A DNA stretch of 64,000 bases from Tubiluchus corallicola (Eukaryota > Animalia > Priapulida), in contig JAQGDQ010000348.1 in assembly GCA_030141605.1 (NCBI GenBank), positions 186,967 to 250,966 of the forward strand. The letters are read 5' to 3'. Of this stretch, positions 54,253-64,000 are shown piece after piece. Position 1 is the stretch's first letter; each line of letters starts with the position of its first letter. The notes below the pieces were generated by a model, which saw nothing but the letters and a program-made list of their open reading frames with translations, was not told where the DNA came from and did no database searches. The position numbers and the translations under genes are program-made.

Positions 54253-54690
54253 TTTTATTCATTTTATTTATTTTATTCACACCCAACAATAAAATACAGT
54301 CTACAATAAAAATAATATAATATACAACACGTTGGCAAAAGACATACAAATACAATATTTACAAAAGTATGGTAAAGACACAAAGAGATTAACTGCTTAC
54401 CAGTGTCTGTTGTGAACAAGGAATTTATGCAAGTTAACTTCATATAAGCGGCTTTTGAATAACTTAATATTTTGTGCATCTACGAGGGGTGCACCATCGA
54501 CATATGCAGGCAATGAGTTCCAAATCGGTACAACTCGATTTGAGAAAAATTGACCAAATGATACTTTAACAGTTCGACACACGAAAAGCTTCAGAAAATG
54601 ATTTTGCCTTGTTCTATCGCAAGATACTCGAGTAAAAAATTTGTCAAAGTCAACTTCAACTTCTCGAGGAAAATCATAATTGATAACTCG
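54253..54690 (-). mobile_element. 5'-truncated CR1-clade LINE 3' end
   Basis: DRTRQNHFLKL...FFSNRVVPIWNSLPAYV...FKSRL is the typical CR1 ORF2 C-terminus; followed by an AATAAAAT tail. Confidence 0.8.
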
Positions 54691-54982
54691 TGTTTTGAGT
54701 GATACAACGTGCATTGCTTTACCATTCATAATACATGAATATGTTATGATAATACACGATGTTCAATAACCTCAATTAGACTTTCCTATCAAAACGACTT
54801 CATCAGCTACTGCATACAGAAATGTAAACACCGCCATTGTTGAATTAGCTAATTGAAAACCGCAATTTTGATCATTTTTCTTCCAATTATGCTCCAAAAC
54901 GCGAGTTTTTCCACACGTAATAATGGTGAGCTATGAAACTGTTCAAACATGGCCGCCGTACGTGCCGCAGTTTTGCTCTTAA

Positions 54983-55596
54983 AAGAAAACCGGATCCAAT
55001 CTTGAACTGTAGGTTAAAGCAATCTATTCTTTAAAATAATGAAAGGAAACATTCTATTTTTTCAGAAATGATTTACGTGAAAGAATTATTATCGCACAAA
55101 CACAATTTCACGTTCGCGCCACTAGTTCTTCGCTGTTACATGTATTTCACCATTCGCTAGTCAAATGGGCACTAGCACCTGCATTTCGGAAATGCATTGC
55201 ACAAAAAACATGTGCTGTAGCTCTCAGTTTAGAGATGTCTGTTTGTGACGTACTGCACGCTTTCGACAACTCTTGCCTGATAACTGCGCTAAAGTTTGAA
55301 ATCTAAATTTTCATCTTAGAACTTGCCTAGTTTTAGTACAACGCACTGAATGTCTTACAGTAGCACTGTACTACAATTTTCGCTTTCACAAACACGTGCA
55401 ACAAGCTCATGGAATATTTGTGCTGTTGAAAATTATGTTAATTTGTGATGTCATCAATAGGTGGGCTCGCCCAATTGACATTTTAATCTATTATTTAATT
55501 ATTAGAAAGGTTTTTTCAGTATTAATTGTGTTAAAATGTATACTTTTCATCAGACTTGAAAATGGGTTAGTACATGCAAAATCATCAGGTCTTCCT
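54983..55596 (-). mobile_element. Family A MITE, full length
   Basis: TTAA on both sides and a full internal sequence. Confidence 0.78.
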
Positions 55597-55898
55597 TTAA
55601 GACACGCATGTCTTTATTACATTCTTAATACACTGCTGACGCTCATTATAAAACTCTCATAATTTGAGACGTTTATACATTAATGACAATTTATGCGTAT
55701 TGATTGTAGGCAGAAGTGGCCGTTAATTGGCATTTTAAATAAGCAATTAAAGGCAACACTAAGATGTTGGCTTGAAAACAACATTAAGAGTTGAATTATT
55801 ATTCCCAAATGTCAGTGATGCGTAAGTCTAGCACTGCTCTGTAGAGACGAGTCTAAATTAAGTTTGCATTGTTTATGCACGTATAGAATTTACATTGA

Positions 55899-56480
55899 AG
55901 CACAAGAAAACCCTCCACTTACATGAAGCTTAAAAATTCGTCTTGAAATTTTTTACCACTTACGTACTGCCTCTTTGCATATTAGACTTGCGTCGGCAGT
56001 AACGCCGTAGAAAACATTTAAATTTAAACTCCCGCGATGACCGTTAGACGCAGCCATTTTGACGATAACTCATTTGAAACAAGTTTAGATAGCATTCTGT
56101 AAAGTTTGAAAAAATAATCAGAGCATTCGTAGCACACACGTCAATAAGTAAAATTTAAAATTACTGTATCCTGTCAATAAGATTAAAATGCATTTTTGGT
56201 TAGTGAGTGGTGCACCCTGGAGGTGTAATGCTAAGTAATATAACTTTGCTTGGAAAGTTTTTTGGGACATAGTTTAACATTTTCTTTTCTTCACTGATTT
56301 ACATTTGCGTAGTGACGTCATGTAATGGCGCGGTCGGAACAGTATTGCGGGAGATCTAAAATGAAAACAAACAGAAATTCCTTTTAACACGAGTACGATA
56401 TATGCATAAAATTGCTATGAAGTAATATAATTTTAAGGCGATTCTTCTGAAACCCCTTCAGGTACCCCTTTTCTTGTCCT
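55899..56480 (-). mobile_element. Family G MITE, internally deleted
   Basis: AGCACAAGAAAA...TTTTCTTGTCCT ttaa. Confidence 0.75.
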
Positions 56481-56484
56481 TTAA

Positions 56485-56855
56485 AGAAAGACAGGATGAT
56501 TTTTAATATACTACCCCATTCTCAAGTCCAATAACAAGTATACATTTCAATACAATTAATGCTGCAATTCTGATAATTAAATAACAGATTAAAAACTTAA
56601 TTAACGGCGGGCGAACCCAACTGTTGATGACATCACAAACTAACATAATTTTCAATATCAAAAATATTCCACGGCGTGTTGCACGTGTTTGCGAAAGCGA
56701 AAATTGAAGTACAGTGCTAACTTTCAAAATTCAGTGTTGGCTAGGCTAATTTTAAGCTGAAAGTTCAAGTTTACCACTGTGCTTATGCATCAGCTGTCGA
56801 ACGTGTGCACGACGTCACAACTGAACACCTCTGTACTGAGAGGTACAGAACAGTA
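56485..56855 (+). mobile_element. Family A partial copy sharing TTAA with a family G element
   Basis: Junction reads TTCTTGTCCT ttaa AGAAAGACAGGATG. Confidence 0.7.
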
Positions 56856-56944
56856 CATCCTTATACATACATACTTCTGCCTAATAAGCCTATGTATTTT
56901 CTTGAGCCATGTAGAAAAAACGTTCAAGAATGCTCATTTCTTAA

Positions 56945-57417
56945 AGAAGAGGAGACGCCATTTAGCATGTTAGGTTTATTTGACTGTTATCACTTTAACT
57001 TAGAGAAATATGACGAAGAAATTGGCAAAAAATGCCTATGAAGCATAAAGTTGATTTATGCTACCGCTATATAAAGTTTTCAAACACGGTGGTAACTGCC
57101 ATTCAAAATTATGACGTAACCGGTGGACTTCGTGACTTTTCGTAAGCTCGAGCTGCTTAAACTAATTCAAACTTCTTTAGCTTACTAATTGTTCACCAAA
57201 AATACTATAAAATTAGCTATCTAATTTCTTTGTAAAAACCTTATTCTACTTTGACGAAGATTGACAGTGCGCTACTTTTCTTCAAAACGAATGACGCCAT
57301 TTGTGGAACAATGGGTATTAAAAATGGAAGCGCCCATGCATGAAGTGATCTTTTATTGCCAAATCCTTCTAACATTTTTCCCGGACATTCAAATTCACAG
57401 CAGGCTTGACATTTTCT
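56945..57417 (+). mobile_element. Family H MITE
   Basis: TTAA-flanked; the interior matches the 44785 copy; ends CTTGACATTTTCT ttaa. Confidence 0.65.
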
Positions 57418-57605
57418 TTAAAGCGAGTTATCGAAAGTTTTTAGACTTCGTTTTCGGGCGTCAACAATATTGACATGACTGAGAACATACTCGTGGTTTC
57501 ATAAGACATTCGTTTTTCCAGAATACGAGCCATGTCATAATTTATGGCATAGCAATTTTTTAAATAATCATGATTATAGAAACAATCACAAAAATACATC
57601 AAGAT

Positions 57606-57972
57606 AATAAGCTTTTTCACAACTTCGTTGTGCACATGCGCAGTTGCTGCAGGTCAAAGGTTAAGTGTATAACAGCAACGCGTCTTAAAAACAACTGCCA
57701 CGTGACGTGTGTGCAAAGCAAAGCCGTCTGTCGCATCAGTTCATTAATTTCAGTTGTTTTACGTGGACTTTACTTAGTTATGCATTAGTCTGTGCGTAGA
57801 GTGATTTGCTAGCGGGATCTTGCTTGTGAACAAGAAAAAATGAACTAGGTAAGGTTCTACCTAGCTGTTAGAACTCTTACTGTTGCAATAGCGTGGGCTG
57901 CGAGGCGTTATTAAGTGTACAGAAATAGTTGTCTGGTACACTTAACCTTTGACCTTCTCACGATAATCATCT
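57606..57972 (-). mobile_element. Family B MITE
   Basis: One TIR intact and the interior matches. Confidence 0.7.
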
Positions 57973-58379
57973 GAATGCTAGGACTGTAGAACAAAACATG
58001 CTGAAAATGTTCAAGACGCACCAATGAATGTGGGTTGCAAGACATTTCTCATTCCATTCTACTGTCAGTCTGTGTATATATTGCCAAAGTCATTTAGTAA
58101 AATTGCTGCTTCTCAGTTAGCTATAATAACTATTATTAGTTCCAAGATTCTTATCTTGATTACATAGTGTAGGGCATAAGTGCATTCGTGCGTGGCTATG
58201 TAATACTGCTCGTTAATACCACGGAGAGTCACTGCGCATGCGTGTGAGTTGATTTGTGCCGTATAAGGAAAAATGGTCTTGCGATTTGAGTGAAAGCTGA
58301 TTATTCCTGTTATAGTTTGCTGTGTCATGTTAACTGTTTTGTTCTGTTCCGTTCAATTCCATGCTGCGTTGCCTTCTAC

Positions 58380-58795
58380 TGCACTCCTCTTCCCTTCTCT
58401 CCTCTTCTGCTCTGTTCTCCCCTTCCCTTTTCTTCTCTTTCTTCTTCTTTTTCTGTTCTCTTCTTTTCCCTTCCCTTCTCTTCTCTTCTCTGTCCTCTTC
58501 TCTGCTGTGCTTTTCTCGTCTCGTCATGTCCCTTCCTTTCTCTTCTCCTCTCTTCCCTTTCCTTTCCTTTTCTTCCCTTCTCTTCTTTTCTCTCTTCTCT
58601 TCTCTGCTGTGCTTTTCTCGTCTCGTCATGTCCCTTCTCCTCTCCTCTCTTCCATTCCCTTTCCTTCTCTTCTCCTCTCGTCCCTTCCCTTCTTTTCTCT
58701 TCTGCTCTCGTCCCTTCCCTTCTCTTCTCTTCCCTTGTCTCCCTTCCTTGCTCTTCTCTTTCCTTCTCTCCCCTCCTCAACTTTCTCCTCTCCTC
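58380..58795. repeat. CT-rich polypyrimidine tract with an internal duplication
   Basis: CTGCTGTGCTTTTCTCGTCTCGTCATGTCCCTTC occurs twice. Confidence 0.85.
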
Positions 58796-59586
58796 ACAAA
58801 GCACAAAACATAAATTATACTTTATTTTAAGCGTTGGCTAACAGATCGTTGTTGCATGCCATTTGTTGAAGCCTTTGTTTAACACGAGTTGAACAGCTTC
58901 ATCTAGAACTGTTACGATGCTGTCTACATGTTCCTATCATGCAAACCTTGAGTCACGCTTTTCCATAGTAATTATTATAAGCTACTGTTACAATTAATAA
59001 TCAGAAAATCAAACATAAATGCTGTCAAGCGTATATCATAAGCTTCAGTCTTACGTAATATCTGTCTCCTTGCGATTCGTAGTTGCCCATTTTACAGTAA
59101 TCAATCAAACCCTTGGTAGCTGATGAATTGACCGCGCATGCCAGCATAATTGCATTTATCTGTTATTACGATGAAGACACGTTTATGCAATAATTAATAA
59201 CTGTGTGCCCTATGCTTGGTATGCATGAATATCCCTCGATATCTTCAGTGAGACGTGGATGTGTATTGACTTTGCTTCCATATCAGACGCATGAGGTTTT
59301 TGCGACCCGTTTTTGACGACACTGCCTCAAATCTAATTAGTCTGAGGTTTTTTCTTTTCCATTATTTTCTGCATTGCCGCGAGGTCTGCATCATAAAAAC
59401 TGAGAAAGATATCTCCCTCGTGTAGTTCTTCTGTTAAAGTGAGTTTGGTGGCAAGTGTGAGACTTTTATCAAGTTTGCATGTCTGGAGTGTTCTCCGGAA
59501 AACTCAAGTTGTTCTTTGATAAAAAATAACAATAATCAATTTGTCCTTGCTTTTCGAAATCCATTTGTAACATTTTATCATCTTAA

Positions 59587-60033
59587 AGCATAACCGGACC
59601 CAATCTTAAACTGTATGTCAAAACAATCAGCTCTTTGAAATATTGAAACGAAACATGCTATTTTTTTCAAAAATGACTTAAGTGAAAGAATTATTACTAC
59701 GCAAATGTTCGCGGCACTAGTTCTTCGCTGTTACTTGCATTTCGTCATTCGCTAGTTAGACAGGCACTAGCGCCCGCATTTCGGAAAGCATTGCACAAAA
59801 AACAAGTGCTGTACCTCTCAGTTCAAGTGTGTTAGTTTGTGATGAACTACACACGCTCGACAGCTCATGCGTGCATGCGTGAGCACAGCGGTAAATTTGA
59901 ATTTAGAATTTTTACCTTAAAACTTGCTTAGGTTTAATACAGCTGAATCTCTTACAGTAGTAGCACTGTACTTCAATTTTCTCTTTCGCAAACGCGTACA
60001 ACGCGCTCGTGGAATATTTTTGTTGTTGAAAAT
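59587..60033 (-). mobile_element. Family A partial copy
   Basis: Starts ttaa AGCATAACCGGACC; followed by a family F end fragment (about 60040-60094). Confidence 0.7.
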
Positions 60034-60580
60034 ATTCATTATCTTGGAGCATACTTTATTTTGAACTAATATGTACACAATTGCACGGTTTTCCTTTAAT
60101 ACGTTATTGCAATAGTAACTATTGTAATTGCAGTAATTGTGTTAAGTCTCAACTGCTGCCCGTTATAATATTGGATGTTCATGGCTGAACGAATGGCAAC
60201 ACTGCCCAGTACGCTAACATTTCACTTGAATTGATTTTTGACGGACTGACTATTAAGCTGGACATTAATTGCGTTTAACGTCGTCATTTCGTAGGTGTTT
60301 AATGTCGCTTGGCGTGGAAATTTCTCTAAGTGTCACGATTCGCTTGCAGTGCGTGAAAAAGGAAGAAGATGCAACGCTTCCAAATCTATATTAGTTTCTT
60401 CATTCGTGACAAGAAATCATGTTTATTTTTTGTCGTAAAAGTTGGTCAGAAATGAGGAGTTACTTATAATGATAATAAGAGAATAGGCCTTCCAGTTTTC
60501 AGCCTGTCTAAACTTTGGAGAATCCCAGTTTATTGTGTTGGGGAGATATATATATATTTATGTTGTTGATTCATTTTAAA

Positions 60581-60958
<378 letters not shown>

Positions 60959-61476
60959 GTTTGTCATTAGTTGCCTTACTCTTGGCTGCTGTCAACATTT
61001 GCTTACTTTCGTCCAAACTGAAGCCAAGACAGTAAAGTTAGACAAAGAAGCCAACAGGCCACGACAGCACGGCTATCTTATCTTGTGCTTTAGCCGGTGT
61101 TTGAATTTTCTTTGACGTCGTAATGCATCACGTGACCAGCCGAGAATGTCTTTAAGAAGGATGTAGACGCGTAATGCAGTTTAGCTCCAAACTCTGCAAC
61201 GACGTTACATCCAATTATTCAAGAAACTGCAGTGCGACAACTCCATTCATTTTTTATGGGGAAGACACAAAAGAGTTGGCTGGTTTTAGAAAACAGTCGA
61301 TTTATCAATGCTGATCTCAGCCGACTGGGACCGTTTCTATTCAAATGGTTTCTGTGGAGAGTGAAATGAACGCCAGCTTGTCATCCATCACTGTTAATGA
61401 CATTACCACATTATATACACAAGTTACACGTTACACAAGCTACACCAAGCTTCGTTACTTCTTTATTTGAACCTAC

Positions 61477-61875
61477 AATAAGCCTTTTCACTTGTCCAGC
61501 GATTGAAGATGATCGTGAAAGGGTCAAAGGTTAAGTGTATCAGACAACACATTTGTGTACACTTGGCAACGCCTCACAGCCCATGCTATTGTAATAGTAA
61601 CAGTTTTAACGGCTAGCTAGAACTTTACCTAGTTCATTTTTTCTTGTTCCTAAGATCCTGTTACTAAGATCCTGCTAGTAAATCAGTCTATACAGATACT
61701 AATGCATAATTAAGTAAAGTCCACCAACTGAAGCTAGTAATTTGATATGGCAGATGGCTTTGCTTTACCTACATGTCACGTGACGGTTGCAGCTAAGACG
61801 CGTTGCTGTGGCAGACTTAACCTCTGGCTTACAGCAACTGCTCGTGCGCACAACGAAACTGTGAAAAGGCTTATT
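61477..61875 (+). mobile_element. Family B MITE, full length
   Basis: AATAAGCCTTTTCAC...GTGAAAAGGCTTATT. Confidence 0.78.
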
Positions 61876-62786
61876 GAAGCCCAGTAACGTAAAGTTTGTT
61901 GTTAACACAAATTTGGCTTCTCCAGCTTTGTTTAGTCTCTTTATTACAGCTTATTCCCTTATAACTGAAAGCTGATGTTCTAAATTTCATATCAGATTAA
62001 AATACTTAGACTGTTTGTGTTGTATCGTCAGGTTAATATTGACAGTGGCGATGATGATGACAAGCTTAGAGTAACGACGACCATCAGACGATTGTAACTG
62101 TGATGATGGTAGTGGTGTCAATGTCAATGATGATGATAATGATGATGAAGGTAATAGCGATAGCGATGATGGTGATGGCGATGACTGTTACATGAGGATA
62201 ATATCATTTATCAATTTATGTATTAATTATTTATCATCTTTACAAATTCGATAGCGCTTTATAATTATATGTTTGGCATTCTCTTATTTTTTTCTGAATG
62301 TTCTAATTGCATCATATGTAATAAGAGAAGGGATTGTATAAGTCTTGTCTTCATTTTATTCCACGTCGATTGATAATTTGTAGCAAATTGACTTTTGGTA
62401 AATTTTGTGCAATGTGTTACGTGTGTAATATTCTTTAATTTTAAATATTGTCCCAATATTTGCAAAAGTTTTGTCAAAACATTGTGACAAGATTTTTTGA
62501 GATGGGAGACAGTTGTACCCTCAGTGTTTTAAAGAAATTATAAACTTTGCTTAATGAAGTTGTGAGTACGTTTGGTTGATTATTTCCACACTTTGTCCCT
62601 GGATATGATCAGAAAACTTGTTTTAACCTCTCATCTTTCAATGCGAGAGAGCTGGTTCTTGAAACCTCTGGCTTCTTTTCTTCCCTTATCTGCCTTTTCT
62701 TTTGATAATTGAGCCTCCCTAACTTCACTTTGAAGTCATTATTAATGAGAGCAACAAACTCGCTCAGTATTGAAAAGATTTCCATG

Positions 62787-63825
62787 TAGCTCACAGCAGA
62801 GAGTTGCTGTGCTTTTGTTTTCGTACTGCAGTTCTCTTGTTTTCATACTGTTGTTCTAGCTCACCACAGAGAGTTGTTGTTCTTTTGTTTTTGTACTGCA
62901 TTTCTCTTGTTTTCATACTGCTGTTCTAGCTCACAGCAGAGAGTTGCTGTTCTTTTGTTTTCGTACTGCATTTCTCTTGTTTTCATACTGCTGTTCTAGC
63001 TCACCACAGAGAGTTGTTGTTCTTTTGTTTTCGTACTGCAGTTCTCTTGTTTTCATACTGCTGTTCTAGTTCACAGCAGAGAGTTGCTGTTCTTTTGTTT
63101 TTGTACTGCAGTTCTCTTGTTTTCATACTGCTGTTCTAGTTCACAGCAGAGAGTTGCTGTTCTTTTGTTTTCGTACTGCAGTTCTCTTGTTTTCATACTG
63201 TTGTTCTAGCTCACCACAGAGAGTTGCTGTTCTTTTGTTTTCGTACTGCAATTCTCTTGTTTTCATACTGTTGTTCTAGCTCACCACAGAGATGTGTTGT
63301 TCTTTTGTTTTCGTACTGCATTTCTCTTGTTTTCATACTGCTGTTCTAGCTCACAGCAGAGAGTTGCTGTTCTTTTGTTTTTGTACTGCAATTCTCTTGT
63401 TTTCATACTGCTGTTCTAGCTCACAGCAGAGAGTTGCTGTTCTTTTGTTTTCGTATTGCAGTTCTCTTGTTTTCATACTGCTGTTCTAGCTCACAGCAGA
63501 GAGTTGCTGTTCTTTTGTTTTCGTATTGCAGTTCTCTTGTTTTCATACTGCTGTTCTAGTTCACAGCAGAAAGTTCTTTTGTTTTCGTACTGCAGTTCTC
63601 TTGTTTTCATACTGTTGTTCTAGCTCACAGCAGAGAGTTGCTGTTCTTTTGTTTTCGTACTGCAGTTCTCTTGTTTTCATACTGTTATTCTAGCTCACAG
63701 CAGAGAGTTGCTGTTCTTTTGTTTTCGTACTGCGGTTCTCTTGTTTTCATACTGCTGTTCTATTTCACAGCAGAGAGTTGCTGTTCTTTTGTTTTCGTAC
63801 TGCAGTTCTCTTGTTTTCATACTAC
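62787..63825. repeat. 70-bp minisatellite, about 15 copies, with an internal 22-bp sub-duplication
   Basis: Unit TAGCTCACAGCAGAGAGTTGCT-GTTCTTTTGTTTTCGTACTGCA-GTTCTCTTGTTTTCATACTGCT-GTTC. Confidence 0.95.
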
Positions 63826-64000
63826 TGACTGCTCTTTGAAAATTTGCTATTCTGCTATTTTCATACTGCAAGTATACTATTTTCCTCCTATTATTCTGCT
63901 CACGAAAATTGTTATTTCTTTATTTTCATGCATTTCTTGCTCACATTGCCATGACTAAACAAGATAAATCCGGCAGGGGCTACGACGACGAAACAAAATT

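Noticed and set aside
58290-58841. Overlapping hydrophobic and charged ORFs
   Set aside because: They come from a low-complexity CT tract.

Overview
AT-rich animal (probably invertebrate) nuclear DNA, not prokaryotic. There are no operons, CRISPR arrays, rRNA or intact tRNA genes, and almost all ORF-track entries are artefacts of repeats. The real coding content is small. First, the last five coding exons of a nephrocystin-1 (NPHP1) orthologue lie on + (1755-7519), with GT-AG introns and consistent phases. Second, one clean internal exon (44430-44674, +) encodes a Cys/Pro-rich extracellular segment plus a transmembrane helix of an unidentified gene; two speculative phase-0 first exons lie at 16825-16860 and 37302-37376. 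The rest is dense with short non-autonomous DNA transposons. These include at least four TTAA-flanked AG..CT (Kolobok-like) families, an AT/TA-flanked TIR family, pogo/Tc1-like TA MITEs, and hAT-like MITEs with 8-bp and unusual 6-bp TSDs. There are also 5'-truncated LINE ends (CR1-like, RTEX/L2-like), five minisatellites (22, 35, 68, 68 and 70 bp units) and many microsatellites. I found no convincing novel protein-coding system. The most notable observations are end-to-end MITE stacking on shared TTAA sites, a minisatellite arising inside a MITE, 6-bp-TSD CAGGG elements and the orphan membrane protein gene. Family assignments come from terminal and TSD patterns read by eye, without database searches; partial-copy boundaries are approximate.
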